Origin: Candidatus Omnitrophota bacterium
GTDB taxonomy: Bacteria > Omnitrophota > Gorgyraeia > 2-01-FULL-45-10
Assembly (NCBI GenBank): GCA_030695905.1
Contig: JAUYOL010000004.1
Span: forward strand, 2,874-66,873
Length of the DNA stretch: 64,000 nucleotides
Direction of reading: 5' to 3'
Shown here: one piece after another, positions 9,043-19,653 of the stretch
Layout of the letters: the number at the start of each line of letters is the position of its first letter
Numbering within the stretch: position 1 is the first letter of the stretch
Translations under genes and position numbers: made by a program
The notes under the pieces: generated by a model
Told to the model about the DNA's origin: nothing
Seen by the model: only the letters and a program-made list of their open reading frames with translations
Database searches by the model: none

Positions 9043-10509
9043 ATGCCCCGAATAAAAAATATATTTAATGGAATAAAATACAAGTCAGGCGCGGACTATT
9101 CAGCTATAAATATAAAAGCCATCAAGGATGATTCCAGGCAAGTCAAAAAAAGAGACCTATTTATAGCGACGCGCGGATATAGCACGGATGGGTACAGGTT
9201 TATAGGCCAGGCCATAAAGAATGGCGCGAGTGTTGTAGTTTCAGACAGGGACTTCAGGGCTCCCGGAGATATAAAAAAGATAATAGTCAAAGACGCCCGC
9301 CTCGCAGTTCCCGCGATAGCGAGTAATTTTTATGGTCATCCATCAGGCGTTTTAAAGCTCGTTGGAATTACCGGTACGAACGGGAAGACCACTATAACAT
9401 ATTTAATGGAAAACATCCTTAAGGCCGCGAAGAAGAGATCCGGAGTCATAGGTACGATAAATTACAGGATAAATGGTAGCCAGATACCCGCCACTAACAC
9501 TACGCCGGGGGCGTTGGCCCTACAGTCGCTATTGTATCAAATGCTAAAGAACAAGACGAAATATGTGCTGATGGAAGTATCGAGCCACTCACTTGATCAG
9601 GATAGGGTGGGCAAAGTATTTTTTGATGTGGGTGTGTTTACAAATATCACAAAAGAGCATCTCGACTATCATAAGACGCTCAAGAATTATCTTAAAGCCA
9701 AAACAAAATTATTCGAAAAATTGAAAAGAGATGGTGTGGCCGTGCTTAATAATGATGACAGGATGGTCGCGTCATTAAGATCCGGCATAAATAAAAAAGT
9801 TCTCACCTATGGTATCAATAAAAATTCAGATGTGACGGCAAGCAATATCAGTTTATCGATGGATTCCTCAAGCTTTACAGTCAAAACTCCAAAGGGGTCG
9901 TTTAATGTTACAACGAGGCTTATAGGCAGGCATAACATTTCGAATATTTTGGCAAGCGTGGCAGTGTCAATAGCGCTGGGTATCAAGCCGGGCGCTATAA
10001 AGAGCGGGATAGAATCTTTTAAGGTTGTGCCCGGCAGATTAGAGCCTGTAGAGGAAGGTCAGCAGTTTAAGGTATTCGTAGATTATGCTCATACGGAAGA
10101 CGCTCTGCATAATGTTTTGAGCCTTTTGAAGGATGTGACCACGGCAGGCAGGATAATAACAGTCTTTGGCTGCGGAGGGAACAGGGACAGGGCGAAGCGG
10201 CCGCTTATGGGCAGTGTGGCATGTAAATTCTCCGACAGAGTCGTAGTGACGTCCGACAACCCGAGATTTGAGGATCCAATGTCGATCATATCGCAGATCG
10301 AAGAAGGCATAAAAGATAAATTTGCAAATTACGATATAGTTCCGGATAGACATGACGCGATAAACAAGGCATTGACAATGGCACGGAAGGGAGACGTTGT
10401 ATTGATTGCCGGCAAAGGGCATGAAAAATGCCAGATAGTTAATGACAAGGCGCTTGCTTTTGATGATTGCGAAGTGACCTCATCAATACTTAGGACGATT
10501 ATAGTATGA
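9043..10509 (+). CDS. murE: UDP-MurNAc-L-Ala-D-Glu:meso-DAP ligase MurE
   Basis: Has the GITGTNGKTT P-loop. The DNPR motif (TSDNPRFEDP) indicates meso-diaminopimelate specificity. Confidence 0.9.
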   Translation: MPRIKNIFNGIKYKSGADYSAINIKAIKDDSRQVKKRDLFIATRGYSTDGYRFIGQAIKNGASVVVSDRDFRAPGDIKKIIVKDARLAVPAIASNFYGHPSGVLKLVGITGTNGKTTITYLMENILKAAKKRSGVIGTINYRINGSQIPATNTTPGALALQSLLYQMLKNKTKYVLMEVSSHSLDQDRVGKVFFDVGVFTNITKEHLDYHKTLKNYLKAKTKLFEKLKRDGVAVLNNDDRMVASLRSGINKKVLTYGINKNSDVTASNISLSMDSSSFTVKTPKGSFNVTTRLIGRHNISNILASVAVSIALGIKPGAIKSGIESFKVVPGRLEPVEEGQQFKVFVDYAHTEDALHNVLSLLKDVTTAGRIITVFGCGGNRDRAKRPLMGSVACKFSDRVVVTSDNPRFEDPMSIISQIEEGIKDKFANYDIVPDRHDAINKALTMARKGDVVLIAGKGHEKCQIVNDKALAFDDCEVTSSILRTIIV

Positions 10510-11864
10510 AAATTGAAGAAATTTTGAAAATAACAAAAGGGAAACTGTTATCCGGTGATATATCGGCCGAGATAGACCCCGCGTTGATATCGACCGATTC
10601 CAGAAATATAAAAAAAGGCGAATTCTTTTTGCCGTTGAAGGGTAGTAATTTTGACGGCGAAGAATTTATCGGCGATGTATTTAAAAAGGGCGCTATAGGC
10701 ACATTTACAACGCATAGTGCGCGATATGCGGCGCATGCCAATAAGATAATTGTAAAAGTCAGCGATACGACACTGGCGCTGCAGAAGATAGCGCATCACC
10801 ACAGGATGAAATACGATATCCCTGTCATAGGCGTTACCGGCAGTAACGGGAAGACAACGACTAAAGATATGATATCCCAGGTGCTTTCCAAAAAATTTAA
10901 TATATTAAAGAATGAAGGGACTAAGAATAACCACATCGGTTTACCGCAAACGCTTTTAAAGTTGAATAAGAAACATGATATATGTGTACTGGAGATGGGG
11001 ACGAATCATAAAGGCGAGATACGCCTATTGGCGGATATCGCAAGGCCGGGAATAGTGGTAATAACGAATATAGGGCCATCCCACCTGAAATTTTTGAAAG
11101 ATTTGAAAGGGGTTTTTGAGGCCAAGAAAGAGATATTCGAGTTCTTAGGCAAGGATGGCCTGGCGGTAGTTAATGGTGATGATAAATATCTGTCGGAGCA
11201 CAAGGGCGGAGCTTTTAAGATCGTAAAATTCGGCTTTGATGAAAGAAATGACTTCAGAGCCTCTCTTATTAGCGCCGGATTTGATGGCATAGAATTTTTA
11301 TTGAATGATAGTACGCGATTTACACTGAATGTATTGGGAACGCATAATACCTACAATGCTTTAGCCGCTATAGCCCTGGCTCGCCATTTTAAGTTAAGTT
11401 TTGAATTAATAAGAAAAGGCCTCGCCGAATATAAGCCTACCTACATGAGGCTTAATATAAAAGAGATAGGCGGATTGATAGTTATAGATGACTCGTACAA
11501 TTCAAATCCTTCATCAATGGTATGCGCTCTCCAGACCATGAAAGATCTGCCCGCAAGGTCCAAGTGGGTAGTAAGCGCTGATATGCTTGAGTTGGGATTG
11601 AGGGAGGATTATTTTCACAGGATGGTAGGCGAGTCTGTGGCTAAATTGGGTTTTAAGGGGTTACTTACCTATGGAAGCTTATCCCAGCATACATATTGCC
11701 GCGCCCTTGAGTGCGGAATGGATAAAGAGAACATATGGCACTGTTCTACCCGCGACCAGGTAGCCGATATACTGCGTAAAGTAGCCAAAAAAGGTGATGC
11801 TATATTGGTAAAGGGGTCGCGCGCGATGAAGATGGAAGAGATAATAGAAAAGCTGAAGGCTTAA
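10506..11864 (+). CDS. murF: UDP-MurNAc-tripeptide:D-Ala-D-Ala ligase MurF
   Basis: GVTGSNGKTTTKDMI is a Mur ligase motif. The gene overlaps the murE stop by 4 nt. Confidence 0.9.
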   Translation: MKIEEILKITKGKLLSGDISAEIDPALISTDSRNIKKGEFFLPLKGSNFDGEEFIGDVFKKGAIGTFTTHSARYAAHANKIIVKVSDTTLALQKIAHHHRMKYDIPVIGVTGSNGKTTTKDMISQVLSKKFNILKNEGTKNNHIGLPQTLLKLNKKHDICVLEMGTNHKGEIRLLADIARPGIVVITNIGPSHLKFLKDLKGVFEAKKEIFEFLGKDGLAVVNGDDKYLSEHKGGAFKIVKFGFDERNDFRASLISAGFDGIEFLLNDSTRFTLNVLGTHNTYNALAAIALARHFKLSFELIRKGLAEYKPTYMRLNIKEIGGLIVIDDSYNSNPSSMVCALQTMKDLPARSKWVVSADMLELGLREDYFHRMVGESVAKLGFKGLLTYGSLSQHTYCRALECGMDKENIWHCSTRDQVADILRKVAKKGDAILVKGSRAMKMEEIIEKLKA

Positions 11865-11867
11865 AAA

Positions 11868-12956
11868 ATGTTATACTATATTTTTTACTCATTAACAGGT
11901 TCTTGGTCAGGGTTCAATGTTTTCAGGTATATAACATTTCGCGCCGCCATGGCGGCGCTTACCGCGCTGGTATTGTCGCTGATATTCGGGCCTCTTGTAA
12001 TAAGCTGGCTCAAAAAGTTAAAGTTCGGACAATATATAAGGAAGGAGCATGTAGAATCTATATACGATCAGCACAGGCACAAAGAAGGCACGCCTACCAT
12101 GGGCGGCGTTCTTATAATAATTTCCATAACGCTTGCCACTATCCTGTGGGCCGATATATTAAATGTATATGTGCTGATGACGTTGGGTTCTTTCTTATTT
12201 CTTGGGGCGGTGGGATTCGCGGATGACTACATAAAGATAGTCAAGAAGAGGAACCTGGGCCTTAAGCCGGGGTCTAAATTTTTAAGCCAGGTATTACTGG
12301 CGTTTATAGTAGCTATATTCGTTATGGTCTTCACGCATATTCCCACCACATTGAATGTCCCGTTCTTTAAATTCTTTTCGCTGGAACTGGGGTTGCTCTA
12401 TGTGCTTTTTGTGCTTATCGTGATAGCGGGCTCCAGCAACGCCGTCAATCTTACCGATGGCCTGGATGGCCTTGCGATAGGCTGCACAATAATAGCGGCG
12501 CTGGCTTACACGGTGCTTACCTACATTACCGGACACTTTAAGTTTGCTGAATATCTTAACGTATTTTATTTGGAGGGCGCGGGTGAATTAGCGGTGTTTT
12601 GCGCCGCGATGGTGGGGGCAGGATTAGGATTTTTATGGTTCAATTCATACCCCGCCACGGTATTTATGGGCGACACGGGATCTCTGGCCCTGGGCGGGGG
12701 GCTGGGAGTCGTGGCTGTATTCATAAAGAAGGAGTTGTTGCTATTTTTGGTAGGCGGCATATTTGTAATCGAAGCGCTGTCAGTGTTATTACAGGTGATA
12801 TGGTTTAAGACGACAAAGAAGAGATTGTTTCTAATGTCGCCCATACATCACCACTTTCAGCTTCTGGGATGGCCTGAAGCCAAGATAACTACGCGCTTTT
12901 GGATAGTAGCCATAATACTGGCGCTGTTGAGTTTATCAACATTAAAACTACAATGA
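11868..12956 (+). CDS. mraY: Phospho-MurNAc-pentapeptide translocase MraY
   Basis: Polytopic membrane protein with the conserved NAVNLTDGLDGLA, MGDTGSLALGG and PIHHHF motifs. Confidence 0.92.
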   Translation: MLYYIFYSLTGSWSGFNVFRYITFRAAMAALTALVLSLIFGPLVISWLKKLKFGQYIRKEHVESIYDQHRHKEGTPTMGGVLIIISITLATILWADILNVYVLMTLGSFLFLGAVGFADDYIKIVKKRNLGLKPGSKFLSQVLLAFIVAIFVMVFTHIPTTLNVPFFKFFSLELGLLYVLFVLIVIAGSSNAVNLTDGLDGLAIGCTIIAALAYTVLTYITGHFKFAEYLNVFYLEGAGELAVFCAAMVGAGLGFLWFNSYPATVFMGDTGSLALGGGLGVVAVFIKKELLLFLVGGIFVIEALSVLLQVIWFKTTKKRLFLMSPIHHHFQLLGWPEAKITTRFWIVAIILALLSLSTLKLQ

Positions 12957-14293
12957 AGAATATGAAAGTTACGGTAATAGGTTTAGGGAATAGCGGACTG
13001 AACGCGGCTTTATTGCTCAAAGATTTAGGCGCCGAAGTAAGGGTTACGGAGGCTGCCGATAATGACGGAGTCAGGAGCAGCTTTAATAGGCTCGAACGCA
13101 AGGATGTGCCCTGTGAAATAGGTGGGCACACAAAAGGTTTTATGGAGGGCAGCTCCCTGGTGGTGGTTAGTCCCGGCGTCGAAGATTCATCCAGCGCGAT
13201 AAAGTGGGCGAACGAGCTTAAGATACCGATAATAAGCGAGATGGAGCTGGGGTACAGGTATTGCAAGGGCAAGATCATCGCTATTACCGGCACGAACGGT
13301 AAGAGCACGGTAACGACTTTAATAGGCGAAATACTTAAAGACGGCGGATTGCACACGGTGGTATGCGGTAATATAGGGAATTCGCTTTGCGGCGAAATAG
13401 CCCGCGTAAAGAATGAAACATGGGTTGTTCTTGAGGTTAGCTCATTTCAGCTTGAAAGAATAGAGGATTTTAGGCCAAGGATAGCCATTATATTAAATAT
13501 AACCGATGATCATCTGGACAGGTATTCAAAATTCAGCGATTATTTTAATGAAAAACTTAAGATATTCAGTAATCAGAATGAGAAAGACGTCCTGATTCTA
13601 AATCATGATGCCAAAGAATTGGAAGGGCTGGAGAGTAAGGCGAGGTCAAAAGTTTTGTATTATTCCAGGATTTCAAGCGTAAATGGCGCTTATTTGAAGG
13701 GTAGCGACATAATTTATAACCATAATGGCAAAGAAACGCAGATTTGTAATACCAGGGATATCAGGCTAAAGGGTTTGCATAACGTGGAGAACGTACTTGT
13801 ATCAAGCCTTGCGGGAATTAGCGCGGGCGTAAAGCCCTTATTGATAAAAAATACCGTTAAAAATTTTAAAGGTTTAAGCCACAGGTTTGAGACTGTCAGC
13901 GCTATGGGCGGAGTAGAATATATAGACGATTCCAAAGGAACGACAGTCGATTCCACATACAGGGCATTGCAGTCATGTCAGAGGCCCGTGATATTGATAG
14001 CCGGCGGTAAAGATAAGAACAGCAATTACTCGGTAATAAAGGATCTTGTTAAGGATAAAGTTAAACATCTTATTCTTATAGGAGAGGCCAGGCAAAGGAT
14101 AAGACAGGCGCTGGGCGATGTGGTCGAGACGCATGAGGCTGCCACAATGAACGAGGCTGTGGAGATGGCCAGAAAACTTGCCGAGGAAAATTACATGGTT
14201 CTTTTATCTCCCATGTGTTCAAGTTTTGATATGTTCAGGGACTATAAGGAGCGCGGCGATATTTTCAAAAAAGCCGTGTTAGCTATTAAATGA
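12953..14293 (+). CDS. murD: UDP-MurNAc-L-Ala:D-Glu ligase MurD (start taken at ATG 12953, overlapping the mraY stop as ATGA)
   Basis: Has MKNMKVTVIGLGNSG and ITGTNGKSTVTTLIGEIL motifs. The ORF-track start at 12899 lies inside mraY, whereas the in-frame ATG at 12953 gives a canonical 4-nt overlap. Confidence 0.9.
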   Translation: MKNMKVTVIGLGNSGLNAALLLKDLGAEVRVTEAADNDGVRSSFNRLERKDVPCEIGGHTKGFMEGSSLVVVSPGVEDSSSAIKWANELKIPIISEMELGYRYCKGKIIAITGTNGKSTVTTLIGEILKDGGLHTVVCGNIGNSLCGEIARVKNETWVVLEVSSFQLERIEDFRPRIAIILNITDDHLDRYSKFSDYFNEKLKIFSNQNEKDVLILNHDAKELEGLESKARSKVLYYSRISSVNGAYLKGSDIIYNHNGKETQICNTRDIRLKGLHNVENVLVSSLAGISAGVKPLLIKNTVKNFKGLSHRFETVSAMGGVEYIDDSKGTTVDSTYRALQSCQRPVILIAGGKDKNSNYSVIKDLVKDKVKHLILIGEARQRIRQALGDVVETHEAATMNEAVEMARKLAEENYMVLLSPMCSSFDMFRDYKERGDIFKKAVLAIK

Positions 14294-15384
14294 GGGGAAC
14301 GAGGACTTCTTTACTGATTATCGTGATGATGCTCGTTGCCATAGGCATAGTCATGATATACTCCACCAGCGCTATATATGCAAATGAAAAGATGGATGAC
14401 AGCCTTTATTTTTTGAAAAGACACCTCACATATCTTATCGCCGGATTTTTTATGATGCTTCTCGCGATGGCAGTAGATATCCAGACCTTAAGAAAATATT
14501 CGAAGCCCATAATGGCGCTGTCGATAATACTTTTAGTCCTTGTCCTTATCCCGCACATAGGCAGGCAGACTGCCGGGGCGAGAAGGTGGTTTAGGCTAGG
14601 CCCCTTGAATTTTCAGCCGTCGGAATTCGCCAAGATAGTTATCATGATATACCTGGCAGACTTACTGGCCAGGAAAGAGAAGGTGATAAAAAGTTTTTTA
14701 CACGGATACTTACCGCCCGTTCTTGTTTTAGGGTTTGTCCTTGGGCTGGTATTGCTGGAGCCGGACCTGGGCACCGCGATAGCTATATCGGTTATAGGCA
14801 TGCTGATGCTTTTTGTAAGCGGTATAAGGCCCTTATACATAGTCGGTTCAATTTTAGCGAGCTTGCCCGCGCTTTACATGTTATTATTCAGGGTGCCCTA
14901 TAGAAGAAAACGCATGATGATATTTTTAAACCCATGGTCGGATAAAAGAGGCGCGGGGTTTCAGATAATACAGTCGTTTATTGCGTTGGGCTCGGGCGGG
15001 TTGTTAGGTGTTGGATTGGGGCAATCACGGCAAAAACTATTCTATCTACCTGCCTCTCACACAGATTTTATATTTTCTATAATAGGCGAGGAGTTGGGAT
15101 TTTTGGGTGCCGCGAGCGTAGTCGTGCTATTTATTCTATTTGTTTGGGAGGGCATGAAGATAACATTTAAAGCGGCGGGGCAATTTGAAAAACTTTTAAG
15201 CATGGCTTTAGTCTGTCTTATAGCGCTGGAGGCTCTTATAAATATCGGAGTAACGGCAGGGGTTTTGCCGACTAAAGGACTGCCGCTTCCTTTTATAAGT
15301 TACGGAGGGACGTCGCTTATGTTTCATCTTGCCGCGGTAGGATTATTGCTTAATATAGCCAAGTCCGGCGAGGTGCATAGATGA
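14290..15384 (+). CDS. ftsW: Peptidoglycan glycosyltransferase FtsW (SEDS family)
   Basis: FtsW/RodA topology with 10 TM segments and conserved Gly/Pro motifs, sitting between murD and murG. Confidence 0.88.
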   Translation: MRGTRTSLLIIVMMLVAIGIVMIYSTSAIYANEKMDDSLYFLKRHLTYLIAGFFMMLLAMAVDIQTLRKYSKPIMALSIILLVLVLIPHIGRQTAGARRWFRLGPLNFQPSEFAKIVIMIYLADLLARKEKVIKSFLHGYLPPVLVLGFVLGLVLLEPDLGTAIAISVIGMLMLFVSGIRPLYIVGSILASLPALYMLLFRVPYRRKRMMIFLNPWSDKRGAGFQIIQSFIALGSGGLLGVGLGQSRQKLFYLPASHTDFIFSIIGEELGFLGAASVVVLFILFVWEGMKITFKAAGQFEKLLSMALVCLIALEALINIGVTAGVLPTKGLPLPFISYGGTSLMFHLAAVGLLLNIAKSGEVHR

Positions 15385-16481
15385 AGGTTTTAGTCGCTTG
15401 CGGAGGGTCGGGCGGGCATATATTTCCGGCTATAGCGCTTACGCAGGGCCTGAAAGAGAGAGATAAAACTATAGAATTATTGTTTGTCGGAAGCAATAAT
15501 GTCCTGGATAAACGTATATTCGAAAAGGAGCACCTTCATTATTCTTTGCTATCTTCCAACAAATTGCCGTATAAAGCATCCATGAAAACTATAATATTCT
15601 TCGTCAAACTATTTTTTGATATAATAAAATCGTTCTTTATAGTTATAAAGCATTCTCCCGACGCCGTTATAGGTTTCGGCGGTTATGTGTCAAGTCCTGT
15701 AATATTCGCGGCATATATTTTAAGAGTGCCTACAGTGATTCATGAACAGAATGTTGTGCCCGGCAGGTCGAATAGCGTCTTATTCAGGTTTGCGGACAGG
15801 ATAGCTGTAAGCTTTGAGGAAACGAAAAAATATTTGGGCCGATTCAGCACCAAGGCCGTATTTACAGGGAATCCTATCAGAGCCAATCTGTTTAAGGACG
15901 ACAAGGCGGAAAGCATAAAAAAATTCGGGCTTGACGCCGCGAAGTTTACGATTCTTATTATAGGCGGAAGCCAGGGCGCGCATAGTCTAAACAAAAATTT
16001 TTTACAGGCAATGGCAAAGCTCGACACGCAGAAGAGTTCGCTATTGCAGATAATACATATAACCGGCATAACAGATTATGAGTGGGTGAGCCGGGCGTAT
16101 GAAGAAATCGGCATCGAGCATAGGGTATTCTCTTTTATCGATAATATAGAGCAGGCTTATAGCGTATCCGATCTTGTAGTGACGAGGTCCGGCGCTTCGG
16201 CGATATTTGAAATAGCGTATTTTGGCAGGCCCATGATACTGGTTCCGTATCCATTTGCGATGAGCCATCAGGCGGAGAATGCGAAGGTATTTTCCAGAAA
16301 TGGGGCGGCGATACAGATAGATGAAAAAGAGATGTCGCCGGATATCGTAAAGAACAGGGTCGAAAGTCTTTTAGATAACAGGGCAGTTCTCGATCAGATG
16401 GCTAAAAGGGCGAAGGATTTAAGCGTTCCGGACTCATCATATAATCTTGCGGGCGAAGTTTTAAAAATTGTAAAGGGGTAA
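15381..16481 (+). CDS. murG: UDP-GlcNAc:lipid I GlcNAc transferase MurG
   Basis: MKVLVACGGSGGHIFPAIAL is the GT28 N-terminal motif. The C-terminal GT-B domain is also present. Confidence 0.9.
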   Translation: MKVLVACGGSGGHIFPAIALTQGLKERDKTIELLFVGSNNVLDKRIFEKEHLHYSLLSSNKLPYKASMKTIIFFVKLFFDIIKSFFIVIKHSPDAVIGFGGYVSSPVIFAAYILRVPTVIHEQNVVPGRSNSVLFRFADRIAVSFEETKKYLGRFSTKAVFTGNPIRANLFKDDKAESIKKFGLDAAKFTILIIGGSQGAHSLNKNFLQAMAKLDTQKSSLLQIIHITGITDYEWVSRAYEEIGIEHRVFSFIDNIEQAYSVSDLVVTRSGASAIFEIAYFGRPMILVPYPFAMSHQAENAKVFSRNGAAIQIDEKEMSPDIVKNRVESLLDNRAVLDQMAKRAKDLSVPDSSYNLAGEVLKIVKG

Positions 16482-16488
16482 TTATTAA

Positions 16489-17862
16489 ATGATATTAGAA
16501 AAAAAGAAGATGCATTTTATCGGTATAGGCGGTATAGGCATGAGCAGCATAGCAATTATACTATTGAAGATGGGGTATAAGATTTCCGGATCGGATTTAG
16601 AGTCAAACAGCCTTACCGAAAAGTTGAAAAAATTGGGCGCGGATATTTTTATCGGGCACAGCGAGGGTAATGTTGGGCCGGATGTGGAGATAGCGGTTTA
16701 CTCCTCATGTATAAATAATGCAAATCCCGAGATAGTCCAGGCAAGGCAGCGCGGTATCCCTATAGTAAAAAGGGCCGAAGTATTAGGGGAATTGCTGAAC
16801 AGTAAAAAAGGCATAGCTATAACGGGTACGCATGGAAAGACCACAACCACCTCTCTTATTTCGGTGATGCTTGAAAACGGCGGACTCGACCCTACCGTTA
16901 TAATAGGCGGAGAAGTAGCGCTATTCGGCAGTAACGCCAAATATGGCAACGGGGAATTTCTCGTTGCCGAAGCGGATGAGAGCGATGGCTCATTCATTTA
17001 TTTAAAGCCATTTTATTCCGTAATAACAAATATAGAAATGGAACACGTGGATTACTATGGGACGCTTGAGGATTCGATAACCGCGTATGCCGCTTTCGCG
17101 AATAATACAAAGAAGCAGGGGGCATTATTTTACAATAATGACGACGAAAACATAAAGAAGATGCTTAAAAATTTTAAGGGTAAATCAGAAAGCTTTTCGT
17201 TGTATAAAGGGGCGGATATATATCCTCATGAAATAAAGATGAGCGAATTTCGTTCGTCATACCTGTGTGTCTATAAAAATGAAGTTCTCGGCAGGGTATT
17301 TTTAAAAATTCCGGGCAGGCATAACATACTTAATAGCCTTGCCGCGATACAGGTAGGTTTAAAGGCCGGGCTTTCGTTTGAAAAGATAACCCAGGGCATT
17401 CAGGATTTTACCGGCACAAAAAGGCGTTTTCACTTAAGGGCTGATTGCGAAGGGGTAATGCTCATAGACGATTATGCGCACCACCCTACAGAGATACGCG
17501 CCGTACTTGAGGCATGCGGTAATTGGAAGGGGAGGCGGCTTGTGGTGATATTCCAGCCGCACAGGTATTCGCGCACGAAGTTCCTTGCGGAAGAGTTCGG
17601 CCGCTGTTTCAAAGGCTGCCATAAGCTTATATTGACAGACATATATGCGGCCAGCGAAGAACCGATAGAGGGGATCTCTTCCAAAGTTATTTATGACAGA
17701 GTGAAAAAGCATGGTCCGGATGATGTAATAATGCTGGGTAAAAAAGAGATAGCCGATCATATTATGAAATCGAAGAAAAGCGGCGATATGATATTGGTGT
17801 TGGGCGCGGGAGATATAAAGGATATTGCGAATGAACTTTCCGAAAAACTTAATAAAAGGTGA
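16489..17862 (+). CDS. murC: UDP-MurNAc:L-alanine ligase MurC
   Basis: Has IGIGGIGMSSIA and GTHGKTTTTSLI motifs. Confidence 0.9.
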   Translation: MILEKKKMHFIGIGGIGMSSIAIILLKMGYKISGSDLESNSLTEKLKKLGADIFIGHSEGNVGPDVEIAVYSSCINNANPEIVQARQRGIPIVKRAEVLGELLNSKKGIAITGTHGKTTTTSLISVMLENGGLDPTVIIGGEVALFGSNAKYGNGEFLVAEADESDGSFIYLKPFYSVITNIEMEHVDYYGTLEDSITAYAAFANNTKKQGALFYNNDDENIKKMLKNFKGKSESFSLYKGADIYPHEIKMSEFRSSYLCVYKNEVLGRVFLKIPGRHNILNSLAAIQVGLKAGLSFEKITQGIQDFTGTKRRFHLRADCEGVMLIDDYAHHPTEIRAVLEACGNWKGRRLVVIFQPHRYSRTKFLAEEFGRCFKGCHKLILTDIYAASEEPIEGISSKVIYDRVKKHGPDDVIMLGKKEIADHIMKSKKSGDMILVLGAGDIKDIANELSEKLNKR

Positions 17863-18730
17863 TTTAAGGGAACTCGAGGCGCTGTCCAGGCACACATCCT
17901 TTAAAATAGGCGGTCCGGCCGCTTTATGGGCACAGCCAAAGGATGTCAGTGAGTTAAAAAAGGTGGTGCTCTTTGCCAAAGAGAACAAGATCCACACATT
18001 TGTTATTGGCGGAGGCACAAATGTGCTTGCAAGCGATAAAGGTTTTAATGGGATAGTGATCCATCTTGGCTCACCCGAATTCAAGAAGGTATCCATAAAG
18101 GGTACGACCTTGAAGGCTGGGGCAGGATCCGCTACACCCGGACTGGTAAGGCTAAGCTGCGGTAAAGGTTTAAGCGGGCTTGAGAGCCTTGTCGGGATTC
18201 CCGGGACGATAGGCGGCGCGGTATATATGAATGCCGGCGGATGGTCGAGCCCGTTATACAAGAATATAGGCGACTATGTCAGCTCCCTTAAGGTAATGGA
18301 CTATAATGGTCGTTTAAAGACGCTTGAAAGAGAAGACATCGAATTTGGATATAGGAGATCCAGTCTTTCAGACTATATAATAACAGAGGTAACGTTGAAA
18401 CTTGGCAGAGAGGATAGTTCGGCGTTAACATCGAGATGTTTTAAATTCCTGAAGATGAAAAAAGAGAAACAGGTTCTTGATATGCCAAGCGCAGGATGTG
18501 TTTTTAAAAACCCTAAAGATTTTCAGTTCACTACCGGGCAGATGATAGACACTCTGGGCCTTAAGGGCCGCAGGGTTGGCGGCGCCGAAGTATCCGAAAA
18601 ACATGCTAATTTTATAATCAACAGGAATTCCGCCACCTCGGAAGATGTATTGAAGCTTATAGATTTTGTAAGCAAGAAGGTCATGGATAGTTACAAGGTA
18701 CCGCTTGAATTGGAGATCAAGATCATATGA
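17825..18730 (+). CDS. murB: UDP-N-acetylenolpyruvoylglucosamine reductase MurB (start uncertain between 17825 and 17831)
   Basis: FAD-binding FKIGGPA and GGGTN motifs are present. The gene overlaps the murC 3' end. Confidence 0.85.
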   Translation: MRMNFPKNLIKGDLRELEALSRHTSFKIGGPAALWAQPKDVSELKKVVLFAKENKIHTFVIGGGTNVLASDKGFNGIVIHLGSPEFKKVSIKGTTLKAGAGSATPGLVRLSCGKGLSGLESLVGIPGTIGGAVYMNAGGWSSPLYKNIGDYVSSLKVMDYNGRLKTLEREDIEFGYRRSSLSDYIITEVTLKLGREDSSALTSRCFKFLKMKKEKQVLDMPSAGCVFKNPKDFQFTTGQMIDTLGLKGRRVGGAEVSEKHANFIINRNSATSEDVLKLIDFVSKKVMDSYKVPLELEIKII

Positions 18731-19653
18731 CGCGGGCGAAGTTCGGCAGGATAGGAGTGCTGGCGGGCGGGCCGTCGAACGAAAGAGAGATAAGTCTGCG
18801 TTCAGGCGAAGCCGTCTATAACGCTCTTAAGGGTGAGGGGATCGACGCTATATTTCTGGATATAAAAGACGATATACATGATGTGGTGAAAAGGAACGCT
18901 GTAGATGTAGCGTTTATAGCCTTACACGGCAGGTTTGGCGAGGACGGTACCGTGCAAAAGATGCTGGAAGACGCGCGTATTCCTTATACGGGATCCGGAC
19001 CAGAGGCATCGGCCCTGGCGCTCGATAAGATAGCTTCCAAAGAAGCCTTCGTAAAAAGCGGTATTCCTGTCCCCAGATATATAGCATTCGAAAAGAACCG
19101 ATTCTCTTCTACTGACGCGGATGGTATCGGGTATCCTTTGGTGGTCAAGCCGCGGTTCGAGGGCTCGAGCATAGGCTTATCGATAGTTAAAGACAGTAGC
19201 CTGTTAAAAGAGGCGCTCGAAAAAGCGTTTAAATATGGCGATGTTGTGATGCTGGAGGAATATATACACGGCAGAGAGCTCACGGTAGGCATTCTCGACG
19301 ATAAGGCGCTGCCGGTTATAGAAATAGTCACGAGAAATAATGTCTATGATTATGAGGCAAAGTACAAGAACAACGATACCAGATATATCGTTCCGGCCGA
19401 GATAGGCCCGGATGCGCAAAAAAAAGCGAAAGAGCTTGGCGTAATGGCGCACAACGCGTTGGGTTGCAGGTCCTTTTCGCGTGTCGATATCATAATGGAT
19501 GATAAGGGAGAGATGTTTGTGCTGGAGGTTAATACGATACCGGGAATGACCCAGCGCAGTCTCTTACCGAAAGCTGCCCAGGCTATAGGTTTGCGTTTTA
19601 ACGAGCTTTGTGTTAAAATCCTTGAAAATACATTATCGGGAGCGAAAAAATGA
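18727..19653 (+). CDS. ddl: D-alanine--D-alanine ligase
   Basis: Has the ATP-grasp fold with LHGRFGEDGTVQKMLE and EVNTIPGMT motifs. Confidence 0.9.
   Translation: MTRAKFGRIGVLAGGPSNEREISLRSGEAVYNALKGEGIDAIFLDIKDDIHDVVKRNAVDVAFIALHGRFGEDGTVQKMLEDARIPYTGSGPEASALALDKIASKEAFVKSGIPVPRYIAFEKNRFSSTDADGIGYPLVVKPRFEGSSIGLSIVKDSSLLKEALEKAFKYGDVVMLEEYIHGRELTVGILDDKALPVIEIVTRNNVYDYEAKYKNNDTRYIVPAEIGPDAQKKAKELGVMAHNALGCRSFSRVDIIMDDKGEMFVLEVNTIPGMTQRSLLPKAAQAIGLRFNELCVKILENTLSGAKK

Noticed and set aside
11903-12226. 107-aa + strand ORF in an alternative frame inside mraY. Similar internal ORFs occur at 5452-5643 in mraZ, 12599-12808 and 23416-23604.
   Set aside because: They are out-of-frame overlaps with strongly supported genes, Arg/Gly-rich as expected from frame-shifted reading, and have no independent evidence.
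17434-18261. 275-aa minus-strand ORF over the murC/murB junction. The same pattern applies at 32148-33140, 35430-36224, 41023-41598, 43240-43767, 51945-52595, 55517-56056 and 60275-60817.
   Set aside because: All lie antisense to well-supported + strand genes. They have biased low-complexity composition, no RBS or start context, and no recognisable domain.
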